From the human T2T-CHM13v2.0 reference genome, Homo sapiens, in assembly GCF_009914755.1 (NCBI RefSeq), contig NC_060947.1: a stretch of 64,000 nt of DNA; one strand, 5' to 3'. Positions 13,562 to 28,059 of the stretch are shown piece after piece; within the stretch, counting starts at the first letter, position 1; each line of letters opens with the position of its first letter. Both the position numbers and the translations under genes were made by a program. The notes under the pieces were generated by a model, which saw nothing but the letters and a program-made list of their open reading frames with translations, did no database searches and had not been told where the DNA came from.

Positions 13562-14097
13562 TGATGGGATTCAGGACACACTACTCAAAATACGGCACCT
13601 TGGCATATTAAAAAAACAGAAGCAGGAAAGTCTCTCTGACCTCCCCTCCTCACCCACACATATGCTTCTCCCCGATGCAGGGCATACAGCTTAGGAAAGC
13701 TTTTCCAACATTCCCAAGAAGCAGGTCAGAAGACACTCATGTGAGGGCCTCCCGATCCCTGGAAGAAAGGAACATGCTCATCTCTGAAGATGAAGGGTCA
13801 CAGAGAGGAACCTGAACAAACAGGCCTTGCTAAATTCCCCAGTTTATCTACACTAGATCACACCCTTTTTGTCCTATCATATCTCTCCATCAGTATTCAC
13901 TCTTCATCAAAGCTACTATAAAAATACACAGAATTAACCATTTACTGGAGTCTTCATTTATTTAGGAAGACTCCCACAGCATGTAAATCTTACTAAATAA
14001 ATTTGCAAGTTTTTCTCTTCTTAGTCTATCTTGTGTTAAAAGGACCTAAGTCATGAACATAGGATGGGTAGAGAGAAGGATATTTGTCCTCCTCTAC
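13562..14097 (+). mobile_element. ERV1 solo LTR, MER31-like
   Basis: tgatgggattcaggacacactactcaaaatacggcaccttggcat start; tataaaa and aataaa signals; end ...tcctcctctac. Confidence 0.7.
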
Positions 14098-14844
14098 CAG
14101 AAAAAGCCACTGGGAAACATAGATGTTAACATGGCTCATTACAATATTTTGACTCTGTGCTATGACTAAACACCAGGGCATCTTGCCCATGAATTTGAAT
14201 TTCCTGTCAAATGCTCCAAATCATTCCTAAGTGGGCTTTTAGGGAAATTACATACAATGAAAAATAGAATGTAAGAATAAGCATTTCCTCTGAGCTGGAG
14301 GCTGTCTTTGGCTGGATATATCATTGCTTCAGGCCTCAGGTTCCTGAAGCGCACAATGAAAGAATTGCACTGGATATTCCTAAATATTCTCTCTAGCTTT
14401 AGAATTCTTCTCTCCATCCTTCATGCAAACAATGATCTCAGTGGTCTGTATCACCTATGTTCCCTTACTGAGAGGAGCCATCTAACTCTTAACATAGTCA
14501 GTCCTAGGATCCATGTGTCTGTGGCTCACTCAAATAGTTTTCTCTTTCTTCATCAAATATTTCCATCCCAGAGTACCAAATAAGTTACGAACATGAGAAT
14601 TGAGCCTTAAGACCATGAGCAGAGCCTAACAGAAACTGGGTAATTCACATATTAACCGTTAATGGGTGAGTACAGAGGAACTTCAGAATGATGGAAAAGA
14701 GTTAGAATTGTGAGATTAGCAAAGAGAAAAAGCAGAAATGGATTCTAAAGGTACACAAATGCTCTAATGGGCAAAGTAAGGGGGAGAAGGTGGTTATGTC
14801 CCCATTGGTACAGTAATGGGGACTCATAAGGAATATTGCATGAA

Positions 14845-15133
14845 TTTTTTTTTTTTTTTTTTTTTTTTTAGACAGAGTCTCACTCTGTCGCCAGGCTGGA
14901 TCTCAGCTCCCTGCAAACTTCACCTCCAGGGTTCAAGCGACTCTCCTTTCGCAGCCTCCCAAGTAGCTGGGACTACAGGTGTGCACCACCATGCCCAGAT
15001 AATTTTTGTATTTTTAGTAGAGATGGGGTTTTACCATGTTGGCCAGGATGGTCTCCATCTCCTGCCCTTGTCATCTGCCCACCTCAGCCTCCCAAAGTGC
15101 TGGGATTACAGGCGTGGGCCACCGCCCCAGGCT
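14845..15133 (-). mobile_element. AluS with a short internal deletion
   Basis: TSD ggaatattgcatgaatttt; lacks gtgcagtggcgcga after ccaggctgga. Confidence 0.92.
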
Positions 15134-15473
15134 GGAATATTGCATGAATTTTTAAGAATGGATGAAGTAACAATATCTGGGAATTTTCTCAGTGAGCAAA
15201 AAAGTAAAAAATTAATGCAAAGACCAAGTTCACCCTTCATATCACTTTATCACTAGGGCCTAGGGCATAGTAGATGCTCAGTGAGTATCTACTGAAATGG
15301 GATTAATCAGACTCTATTGGAACGAGCAAATGAAATGCATTTAAAGAAAATGTTAAACTAGAAACATAAATAAAAGGGCTGAACAGCCACAACATTATAA
15401 TATATGGGAAAAAATAGGATCTGATTTACATTATATTTGGCATGGAGTAATTTGTTATTTAAGAGAAAGGTTA

Positions 15474-15797
<324 letters not shown>

Positions 15798-16141
15798 AGT
15801 AATGTACATTGTTAAGATTGGACCAACTTAAAAATATTATTAGAATGGAAATATATCACGTTTTATCAGTATGTTTTACATTACTATAGTAATATTTCAT
15901 TCCAAAAAGTATTTAGTGTGGCTTGGACTGAAAAAAAGGAAATTAAGATAAAAATTGTTTGCAAAACATATTTAGATAGAATTTTTAAAATACATTATTT
16001 TTTATGCCAAAGGTGTATATTTACTTTCTTGATTAGAAATAGGTGATCTTATTACTTACTTACTACTAAAATTGAACTACTAAAAATAAGTGATTGTAAA
16101 GGCATCTTTTTAGGATAGATTTGATATATTTTAAAAGGCTT

Positions 16142-16453
<312 letters not shown>

Positions 16454-17099
16454 TCATCCGAGACTGAAACTGTGTTTAGATGTCAGTTTTGCGAACAGTT
16501 TATTCTGGAGTGGCCAAGGGCATACCACATTCTTATGGGTTAAATGTTCTCTCAACATAAAAAATAAAGAAAAGAAAAGAAAAATCACCTTAACGGAGGA
16601 ATATCTAAGGAATCTATTTCTCCGGGAATCTACTATGTATCCCTAAATGAAGCTGAATCAGAAGAGTAGGCCATCTTTAGGCTGTATCTTTCTGACTTCC
16701 CACCAGACAACAGGAACATAAAAGCAAGAAAGAGAAAATATGGCTCATTTGCTAGAATTGGGTCACAGTTTTGCCAGGAAGTTACACTATTCACAGTAGC
16801 TATAAGGGTGGAAAAAAAAAAAAAAAAAAAACCTAGTGCATCAAGACAATCAACCACTAAATTGAGCAGGAGATCTTTCATAACTTTTAAAAAGTTATTC
16901 TATAAGACTTCATATGTGTGAGGTATACAATGAGAAAATCACTGGCTTTTAATTCCACCGGAACTCAGTTCAAATCCTGTGTAGGGGATTTACTGGTACT
17001 TATTAGTAAAGTGACTTTGTAAGAAAGTCACCCACCTTTTCTGAGCATCTATGACATGAAGGTGGTCATTCCAAGATGAAGCCGAGATTAATTTCACTC

Positions 17100-17595
17100 A
17101 CACACAATTCCATCTTCATAGAACAAAAGAAATGTGAAATAACAGTAACTTAAGCAAGATAGAAAGGTATTTCCTCTTCATGTGCAAGGCTGGTATGGGG
17201 CCCCACAGTATCAAAGAGCCAGGTTCCTTCTATCTTTCTTGTCAGTTATTCTCAGCCTGGACTCCATCCTCAAAAGTACCTCATGGCCCAAGAGAGCTGC
17301 TGGGGCCCCTGCCATTGGTATGCCCTCTAAGAAGCAGGGAAAGACAAGGGGAAGAGAACAAATGAGTGCATTTTCTAGCTAAATCAGTTCCCTTTAAAAG
17401 AGGCATTTTGAAATTTCTTCACAATGATTCCACTTGGGCAAGAAATTAGTTACTGGCCATATTTAGAAGCAATGGAGCTTGGGGAAATATAGATGTTTAA
17501 CACAAGGTGACAATGTGCTCAGGTGAGGAATGAGCTTTCGATTAGCAGAGAAGAGGAGAAACCAGATTAGCAGGCAAAGAGCAATCTCTCTCACC
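17100..17595 (-). mobile_element. Old MaLR LTR (MLT1J/K-like), flanked by MIR pieces
   Basis: aacagtaacttaagcaagatagaa, ccaggttccttctatcttt and ctcatggcccaagagagctgc motifs; MIR-like sequence at about 16920..17060 and 17600..17690. Confidence 0.5.
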
Positions 17596-17771
17596 AGTGT
17601 TACAGAGTACATGATGACAATCAGAATTCCTAGACATAATGAGCCCCTAAAAAGGTGCTTGGCACATACCTTGTACTCAGTAAACTACACATTTATTTTC
17701 TTTCATAAATAAAGTAAAACTGCTGAGGACTATGCTCTTAATTTCTTTTATAACTTCACAAATGTGTAGAC

Positions 17772-17987
17772 CAGAGTTTGTCAATCTCAGCATTACTAAT
17801 ATTTGGAGCCAGATAATCCTTGCTGTGGGAGGGCTTTTCTGTGCAGTATAGGTTCTTTATTAGCATCCCTGGCCTTGACCCACTAGATGCCAGTAACTCC
17901 TCACTCCCAACTGTGACAATCAAAAATATTTCCAGCCATTGGCAATTGTTCCTGGGGGAGGAAATTGCCCTTGGTTGAGAACCACTG
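17772..17987. mobile_element. MER20 (hAT-Charlie)
   Basis: agcatccctggcctt.acccactagatgccagta...ggttgagaaccactg. Confidence 0.85.
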
Positions 17988-18143
17988 GCCTAGACCTGTG
18001 CTGGACAATAGGCACTCTTCTATATTCTCTAGGGTTGAGTGGTGCAGGGGCTAAAGACCCTTGAGCTCATAGTGCTGATTCCATTATGTGGAACCCAGCA
18101 TACCCGAAGTCAGATGAAGCACAGAGACGAATCTCTACAGTTA

Positions 18144-18715
<572 letters not shown>

Positions 18716-20549
18716 AGAAGTGATTAAAAAGTGTGTGGTTTCTAGAAAACATTATGCAAACCTAATCTTTTAAAATACATCATCGGAAAATTGTAGCATT
18801 AACACTGCTTCTGACTTTTCTGAGTTTTCTGACTTTTCTCTCCCTATATTTGTACAAACTGGTTTCTAGAGTTGTTGGCCTGTAAGAAACACAGTGTAGA
18901 AGACAGGGATGTATATGTCTCTACTGGTTTGTTGAGTGATTACAGAACCATCATCAATATGCACATGCCTGAATTTTCCCATTTGTAAAACTGATGACTA
19001 TGTGACTACGGATTACCAGTAACCTTATTAACCTACGCATTAAGAGAAAAAGCCCACCTAGTACTTCATGAATCCCAAAAGAAATGCAAATTGTAATTAT
19101 CTGCACAGGTATCCAGTCATGCTAACATCCAAAGGAGTCAAACTCTGATTAATAAGCAAGATTCATTCCCAAAGATTCCCAAGGATCCCAAGTTAAAGAC
19201 AACCCTTCAATTTCTGTCAGCTTTGTAATATATTCCAGAGTTTCAGTTGGGCTTAATTGTGACTTATTGATTGATTTTTGCTTTCTGACAAAAAGGATTG
19301 CTTTCTTTCCTTGTGAAATTCAAAGTCCCTCATGGCAGCCTTGATTAATCATTTGCAAAATATGGTTTAACCATCTATGATCCCTAGTGTACAAATTTCT
19401 TTCACTGCAATAATTTTAAAGTAATTCAAATAAGCCTGTTCTAATCAAATTCCTTATAAGTCTGCAAAAGATAATTTCTTGATGGAATATGGAAAAAATG
19501 AGTGCTTAAATAAGAAGTATTACCAATGTAACAAATTATCATTCCTATAATACACGATTAATACGACACTGCACAAAAAGAATACTTATGAAATTTAATC
19601 AGCCTCATAGCATTATGTGCTTTATCTGGAATGATGGCATGAAAAAGTTATCTAAAATTCCAGTTGAAGACCAATTAATATAATCAATACCAGAAAATGT
19701 CTGGACAGAACAAATGCTTAGGACATTACATAAAAAGAGTAAGTGGACCGTAACCAGGCATTTCATTCCTGCCTAGTATCTAGACAGTCAGAGATAAGCA
19801 AAGCTTATCTTCATCAAATTATTTAACATTCACGTAGGAACTCTGTTCTATTTTAAAGTAACACTCATGTGTATTCAGTGAGCATGATTGTGGAAATGCA
19901 TCATTAGAACAAAGTTTTTGGTTTAGGAATATTATTCTATAATAATTTATTGTATGTATTTGAAAGACCTTTCACAAAATAATCCTTTTCATAAATATGC
20001 TATTTCAAGATTATTATATATTCCTTAGATTACTTGTTGTTTATAAAATAAGGTGTACTTCTATTTTAGGACTAAAAGTAATATCCATGAAATGAATTTT
20101 ATGAAACACTATTATGATCCCAAAGTTTTGCTCCAATGTTTTTAGCAAACTTTGTAAACTTTACTCATTTACATAACCTGATTACGAAACCTACTTCAGA
20201 CTGGAGCTAGAGTACCATCATATATATATTTAAAAAACAAAGATTTTGGTGTATTGGGATTGAGGTAAGAATTGTATTATATCAAACATATAAATAAGTA
20301 ACATAATAAAGTTTATAGTACTTTAGTGTGCAGCAAAGAATACTCAAAAATGGAAGAGAGACTCTTTAATGAAAAAATCAAATTATTTAACCAGCAATTC
20401 CTACAAAGAAACCAAAATACATGCAAAATAACATAAGTATAAATAGAATACATTAAATCTTCTCTGGTCTAACCAGAGGGCATTTTCTTCTTAATGTTTT
20501 TTAACAGAAAATTACAAACAACAATAAAATACAGTAGTATATAGAACCA

Positions 20550-20779
20550 TTGATACCTGCATCTTGATGGCAGTGGTAGCTACGTAAATCCAATCTTACA
20601 CATGATAAATGTCACAAAATCATATACATACATTGCATGCATATCAATTTTGTGCTTTTGATATTGTTTACAATTACTTAAAGTGTAACCATTGGTGGAA
20701 ACTGGGCATATATGATTTCTCTGTGCTGTCTTTGCAACTTACTGTGAATCTATAATTATTCCAAAATTAAAAGTTTTTT
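20550..20779 (+). mobile_element. L1MC-like 3' end fragment about 30 nt from the exon 2 donor
   Basis: accattggtggaaactggg...tttgcaacttactgtgaatctataattattccaaaattaaaag. Confidence 0.7.
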
Positions 20780-20809
20780 GCACCATTCATACAGGTATAG
20801 GAAACGTAC

Positions 20810-20857
20810 CTTAGAACATTGCTTGTGATTCTGGCACCAAACCAGGGAACCATTGTT
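20810..20857 (-). CDS. ANOS1: Anosmin-1 coding exon 2 (48 nt, NNGSLVWCQNHKQCSK, residues 70-85)
   Basis: Minus strand reads TTTTTCCTTTTTCTTTTTGCAG|AACAATGGTTCCCTGGTTTGGTGCCAGAATCACAAGCAATGTTCTAAG|GTACGT. Acceptor and donor are canonical, there is a candidate branch point CTAAT at 20893..20889, and the exon continues exon 1 in frame. Confidence 0.97.
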
Positions 20858-21278
20858 CTGCAAAAAGAAAAAGGAAAAATATTGATCCATTAGAAAGCTA
20901 CACATACACAGATTTCTAATTTAAAATTATAATTTATGCATATAATTTTTGAATATTTGCATTTTAACAAATACCCAATCTTGCAAAACCTGCTGTCCTT
21001 CCCTTCCAATGATAGAAAATGTGTTTGTAAGTTTCATTTTGTTGTCGATTTCATGATGTAAACAAAGACATATAAAATACTAAAGATTCTAAGCTGTCTG
21101 AAATGAAAAAGGGTCTGAGGCAACTTTGATGGTGTGTTGAGCAGTGAAGCAGGTAAATGAACACTAGACGTTCCGCCAATAGTCAGCAGTTTTGAGAAAT
21201 TTACAACTTAAGCATTGTGGATGCTTTTGATCTCAACCAATTTACAGAAATAAGAGTTTGGGATTGGGAGAAAGATCT

Positions 21279-21653
21279 TGTATTAGTCTGTTCTTACACT
21301 TCTATAAAGAACTACCTGAAACTGGGTAATTTATGAAGAAAAGAGGTTTCATTGACTCACAGTTCTGCAGGCTTAACAGGAAGTATGGCTGGGGAGGCTC
21401 AGGAAACTTACAATCATGGCGGAAGGCAAAGGGGAAGCAAGCACATCTTACCATGGCAGAGCAGGAGAGAGAGAGAGAGAGCAAAAAGGGAAGTGCCACA
21501 CACTTTTAAGCCATCAGATCTTGTGAGAACTCACTCCCTGTCATGAGAACAGCCAGGAGGAAATCCACCTCTATGATCCAATTACCTCTCACCAGGCCTG
21601 TCCTTCCAATTTGACATAAGATTTGGGCAGGCACACAAATCCAAACTACATCA
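21279..21653 (-). mobile_element. MSTA (MaLR) solo LTR
   Basis: tgtattagtc...ccaaactacatca termini; 5-bp TSD gatct/gatcc. Confidence 0.9.
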
Positions 21654-21745
21654 GATCCCACGTGAAAAGCCTTCTCTTACTCTTTCACAAAACATATGAT
21701 TACAGACAAGAGACTTAACATCCCCATGCCTCAGTTTATCCATCA

Positions 21746-22150
<405 letters not shown>

Positions 22151-22489
22151 CTATGATTTATTATCCTGAACATTAGAATTGCTGTATTCCACATAACTAA
22201 GATTTTGGTGATTTTTTTTTTTCTCTGGTTGGGATCTTTTAAGTCAGGTTATGCTAGGCCGGAATAGGTAGCAAAGCTAGCAGAAACCATCACCCAATAG
22301 CTAAAATGTCATGACCTCTAGTTCTCTGAAGTTCAAGGTGGAGATGAAACAAAATCTCCCATTTCCTATGTTTGAACGTCTAAACTTTTAATATGAAGGA
22401 TACCAGTATTGACAGAGCAAGATGATATATGTTTGCAGTTATGAGAAAAGAAAATTGAACCAAAAAATATCTTTTAGAAAATACTTTTA

Positions 22490-22880
22490 TAACAAGTTTA
22501 TTGAGATATAATTCACAAAATTCACTCATTTAAATTGTACAACTTGAGTATATTCAGAAAGCTATGCAACCAACACCACTATTTAATTGTAGAACATTTT
22601 CACCAGCCCAAAAAGAAACCTGTACCTATTTGTAATCACTCCCATTCTGTCTTCCCCACTACTTGCCTTACCCTGGCAAACACTAAATCTGCTTCTGTCT
22701 TTATCTATTTGCCTATTCTGGACATTTTATATAAATGGAATCATACAATATGTGTCTGGCTTCTTGATGCTAAATGCTACAGCAATCTTGCTTCATGTAC
22801 ATTGTAGTATATATTGGTACTTCATCTTTTTGACTGTCAGTTTCAGCTACATGGATATACCACATTTTGCCCATCCACTG
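22490..22880 (-). mobile_element. L1M 3' UTR fragment
   Basis: tttattgagatataattcaca...agaacattttcacca.cccaaaaagaaacc...ttctggacattttatataaatggaatcatacaata. Confidence 0.8.
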
Positions 22881-23032
22881 CCAATAACATATCTGAATAT
22901 GTCCCTTCCCAGTAATAGCTTAATTATAGGATCCCCCCCAAACCACTAAATAAATCTCAGCTGTATAGGATTGGCAATCTTCTTCTTCAATGTGAAGATT
23001 ATTGGCTTAAAAGATCTCGGTCCCATATGAAT

Positions 23033-23783
23033 GCTTTAACTATGAAACCTCTCTAGCATATAGCCCTACTTTTTACTTCTTCTCAGCCTTAACTCCTAAT
23101 AATTCCTACACATTCTTAGGATTTTAGCCAGCCTTAACTCCCAATAATTCCTACACATTCTTAGGATTTGAGCCAATCTCCTATGAACCTACCTACCACC
23201 TACTGAGTTCCGTACGTCCACATCTGGGCCCTCATCTCTCCCCCCACATCTATGTCCCCCATAGAGACAGTAAGGTCTGAAGCTGGAGACGCATACGAAC
23301 AGCTTAGGGTGAAGTTCGTTATGATTTTTGGCAGGGATTACATCAGATAAATAATTAGATTGGGCAGAGGCCAATGCCAGACAAATGATGGGCGTGGTTG
23401 AATTACCGGAAAATGAGATGTTAGGAGAAAGCATGTAAGAGGGCATAACATACCCTTTTATAAAACTGAAATTTTATAAAGGGAGCCATTGGCTTGGTTA
23501 TAAGCTAAAAGTTCAGAGGGGCCAGGCTGACTAGGGGATGGTCATAAACAGTGTGACAACTGCAAAAAGCAGGGGCCAGGCATTGAGCATGCAGAAGCTG
23601 GGGGCTGGGGCAGGGCAGCTTTGAAGAACTTCCTACATGACAGCCAGCCTCAGCATGTTGCACGGTGTGTAGATTCATACAGGATTGGCTAAAATCCTAG
23701 GTATGTGAAGGAATTATTGGGAGTTAAGGCTGAGAAGAAGTAAATATTAGGGCTATATGCTAGAGGGGTTTCATAGTTAAAGC
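23033..23783. repeat. Inverted repeat (arms 23033..23192 and 23669..23783) with a 45-bp tandem duplication in the left arm
   Basis: gctttaactatgaaacctctctagcatatagcccta... is the reverse complement of ...tagggctatatgctagaggggtttcatagttaaagc. Confidence 0.93.
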
Positions 23784-24389
23784 TTCCCCTGCTTCCCCTG
23801 TGCAGAGTTGGCTCCTGCCAGGACTTCCAAGGACGACACCTGTCTGAGCACATCCTGGATTCAACTTGAGTGTTCCAAGCTCCTCCCCAACCAGTGATGG
23901 GAAGCAATGAGGCACCTTCTAAAGAGACTCAGGGCTGAAGTGGACAGCCTCAGACCTTGGAGACTAGGTCAAAGCCAGTTCCTGAAGGTCTTTTTCAGCA
24001 CCATCTTGGTTGGAAGGTTTTGAGTCTTCTTGAGTCAGGTCAGTGGGGTTCTGCTCCTTGGACTAGAATCCTTGACATGGGCACAGGTGAGACCTCCTTC
24101 CCTTCTGGATGTTTCTTTTCCTAGGCAGATGGGCAGGACCTTATCTCTGGATGAGATCAGGGGACCCTCAGCTATTTCTGCACTTGCTGGATTCCTCTTT
24201 GGAGTTTTATCACACCCTCTCCTGCTGAATGATATGCTTTATTTTGTCTGTGTCTTGGTTGCTCAACTAGATTTTTCCCTGGGGACAGGATTCCATGTTT
24301 CCTCTTTACCTGTCTGTAAGACATTAGCAAGGGAGGGCAGCTCTTGGTCCTCACAGAGAAGGCACATTTCTGAGGCCATGCAAGAGTGA

Positions 24390-24458
24390 CTGGGGTTCCA
24401 AAAGTGGGCATGGCAACTGTTGCCTGGGGTTCCAAAAGTAGGCACAGAAACTGTTGTC
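24390..24458. repeat. 34-bp tandem duplication
   Basis: ctggggttccaaaagt(g/a)ggca...aactgttg present twice. Confidence 0.9.
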
Positions 24459-25024
24459 AACAGGTTGACAAAAATATCACTAACGCGGCAATACACCTTT
24501 GACTATTATTATTATTATAGTGGCCAAATCTATGTGGCAGAAATGTGCCTTGATGTTTTAATACTCACCCCATGTAATCATCCCACAAAATGACATAAGC
24601 TTCATTTATTCATTTTACAGTTAAGAAACCTGTAGTCAGGGAAACCAAGTAAAATATGCAGAGTGACAAAGCCAGTGATTAACCTCAATGGTAAACAACA
24701 CAACAGGAAAAGCCACAGGTGAAGAAAGGAACAAGATGCACACTCGATTTTGAAGGAATTTCCAGATTTATAACCTTAAAAGGAGAGATGAAGATTGGTC
24801 CAACAGTCCTAAATACCATATGTTGAGGTAGCAGCAGTTCAGATGGATGGGGTGGAGCAGAGAATAGGAGGGGAGATCAGGTAAATAGAAAGTAGATTGC
24901 AGGATTTTCATTACACAAGATTTTATCTCTGGAAATAATATTTTTAATTTAGCAAATATCAGAGAGTTAATTAAAACAAAAATAAAGGATTAGAGTCCTG
25001 AGAAGCCCTGTGCAGGACACACCT

Positions 25025-25385
25025 TGATATGGTTTGGTTGTGTTCCCACCCAAATCTCATCTTGAATTGTAGCTCCCACAATTCCCATGTGATGTGAGAG
25101 GGACCCTAGGAGAGGTAATTGAATCATGGGGGCGGGTTTTTCCCATGTTATTCTCGTGATAGTAAGTCTCACAAGATCTGATGGGTTTATAAAGGGCAGT
25201 TCCCCCGCACATGCTCTCTTGCCTGCCACCATTTAAGACATGGCTTTGCTCCTCCTTTGTCTTCCACCATGATTGTGAGGCCTCCCCAGCCATGTGGAAC
25301 TGTGAGTCCATTAAATCTCTTTTTCTTTGTAAATTACCCAGTCTCAGGTATGTCGTTATTAGCAGCATGAGAACAGACTAATACA
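25025..25385 (+). mobile_element. THE1 (THE1C/D-like) solo LTR
   Basis: tgatatggtttgg...aacagactaataca; perfect 5-bp TSD cacct. Confidence 0.93.
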
Positions 25386-27579
25386 CACCTTGATTAGCTT
25401 TCTTTTGTTCCCTTCTACTGTGTATGTTGAATGGCCAAACTTCAACAACAAAAGCACAAAGGATGCAGCAGAGATTGTCTTCAGCTGCCCAACCTCCCCT
25501 TCCCAAGTGTAAACCCTCCTGCCCTGCCCCACACCAACTCTCCTTCTTTCCTGCAATTCAATGCTCCCCATACCATTGGCTTATACACACCCATCAAAAT
25601 GAGAAGAAAGCCAATAGCCACAGAGCCTATTTTGAATTGGGAATTAATATCAATACATTGCGTTGAGCAAGGCATTTTCATTTCAAGCAAAATTTTCTAC
25701 TAATCACAAAATGAAAAACTCTGTCATTACAAAGAAATATTTGGGGCAATGGCAAGCATGCATAAACAATTATTATGATTAGAATGATTTTTTAAAATTA
25801 GTGAGGACAGCATGTCATAGGCTGCTTGGGATGATTAAAAAGATAATCCTTGTAAAGTATTTATCAAAATGTTTGGCTCAGGATTTTTAAAAAATCCTTT
25901 GTTATTATTGATGTGATTTTGTTGTCATTTGCCATTATATTGTCTTTAGCAGTTTGGGAGTAATCCTAGACTTAATATCTCCCAGCTCACAACGGATAAT
26001 ACTCACCCTAGACTAACTGATTCAGTCTTATTATAGTGAGACTCAAAAGTATTTAGTATTGAAAATACTAAGATACAGTATTTTAGCAATACTAAAATAC
26101 AAATAAAACTTGCAGTAAAAGGATGCCTTTCCATTCTGTTTTTTCCTTGGGTGGAAGCAATTTTTCAACATTTGCCAACAGGATGAGTGGGCAATGGTAT
26201 TGGTATTTTTACTTTAATTTCCTGACTGGCCATTTATTTTCCTTTACCGTGGATAGTCTGTCTCTTTTACCTTATCTAATTGCGGATTGTTCACCATTTT
26301 TAAAATCAATTTTAGCAACTATTAGTATCACTTAGGTTCAATGATCATTTGTCTATTGCAAAAATTCTCAAGCCCCTCATTCATCTTTTGCATTTATTTG
26401 TGAGGTTTTTCCACAAGGAAATTTTATATGCATGCACACACACAGATGCACGCATCCATGCATTCACATATATATTTGCCCTCAAAATGCATCCATAGTT
26501 CCTTTTTGGATTCTGGGTTTCCTGTTTTTCTTAAAATAATTGCCCCCATGCCAAGGTTTTGCAGCCGTTCTGTGCTTTTACCTGTATCAGTCATCATGTG
26601 CTGTGCTATTTATCTCTACTAAGAACTTCTAAGAACCCTGCCCACTAGCATCAGGGATGCCAATAAACCCCCGATTAATGCTGGCCACTTTGTTTAGGCC
26701 AGATGCTACCCCATCACGATCCACCTATGTTGCTTACATATAGTACTCTTTGAGCAGAAGAGCAATAAAAAAATACAAGAATCCAGTATATTTCAATACC
26801 CTGCCCCAGCAGAAGTCCTTCGTCAGATTACAATAGCCTTCACCAGTTAAGCCATTTGACAACAAAGATAAAATAACAGTATTTGCAATAAAGTCTTGTT
26901 CTGGCTTAAAGCCAACAAAGATAAAGAGTCAAAGTACATTAGGCTAGAAACACATTTGCCTCTAGAACCATCATTGTAACCTCCAGGTAGGATTAGACAG
27001 TGGGACTTTTGTAATTATATAAAGATTACATCCTGTATTTTATTGGTTTAACTAGATCAAACATGAATGCTAGTCAATCTGGCTTTCAAAGAGTTTATAT
27101 AAGTTCAATCAACTGCACCCAGCCGTTATTTCAATGACATTTTCCAAGTCTTTTCATTTCTAGCCTTTTGATTTTTCCTTAAAGAAAGATAACTCTTCAA
27201 AAGCTTCAAGTAAAGAAAACACATCATTCATGCAAAGACAACACACACGGGAAGAATAAAGATAAATGGAAACTAGTTCTCTAGATCCCACCATATGAAA
27301 AGAGAAAACAGGAACAGATCTCACTCATTTCCTTCAACATAGCCAGGTGTCGGCATGGAACAGCTAAGGAACTAGTCAGTCTACAATTTCCAAAATACAT
27401 ACCAAACTAGTGTCTAACAATGGAACTGAACATTTGAAATAGAAATCAGTCAGGAAACCCACCATAGACCTTAACTTTACCAATCAATGCTTTGACACTG
27501 CAAATAATTAGCTGTGACCCTGAATGGACAATTTTGTGTCCTGCTTGGTGTAAGTTATTTTAAAGCAATAGATGAAACT

Positions 27580-27838
27580 ATAGATACAAGTCATTATATA
27601 TTTGTCCAAACCCATAGACCATACAACACCAAAAGTGAAGCGTATGTAAACTATGGACCCTGATGATGATGATGTGCCAACGTAGGTTCATCCCTTGTCA
27701 CAAATGTCCCACTCTGGTGGGGGATGTTGGTAATGGGAGAGGCTGTGCATGGTGGGGGCAGAGAGCATGTGGATATTCTCTGTACCTTCTGCTCAATTGC
27801 TGTGAACCTAAAACTGCTCTACAAAATAAAAAGTCTAT
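27580..27838 (+). mobile_element. L1MC-like 3' end fragment
   Basis: tgtaaactatgga, ctggtgggggatgttggtaatgggagagg and ctgtgaacctaaaactgctcta. Confidence 0.8.
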
Positions 27839-28059
27839 TGAAAAGGTTCAGGAGGAGGGCTTTCTTTATATATTTGTTGTTCATAAGTAAGATTTCTTTC
27901 AAATGTTATGGAATATCCTCAGCAGTCTTTTCATTAACCAAGAAAAAAGTCTCTCTGTATTCTACAAATATTTCACATTTAATGGAATTCTACAGGAAAC
28001 AAATATTTGACCATATAGAAAGAAATACACCTGCCTCCAGACACCCAGCCTTCCCATAC

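Noticed and set aside
18809-18839. (TTCTGACTT)-like 9-bp repeat, three copies
   Set aside because: Too short to distinguish from ordinary slippage.
23033-23783. NUMT or Ricksha/piggyBac element as the source of the inverted repeat
   Set aside because: No match to mitochondrial genes or those transposon termini that I can recall, and no TSD seen; left unassigned.
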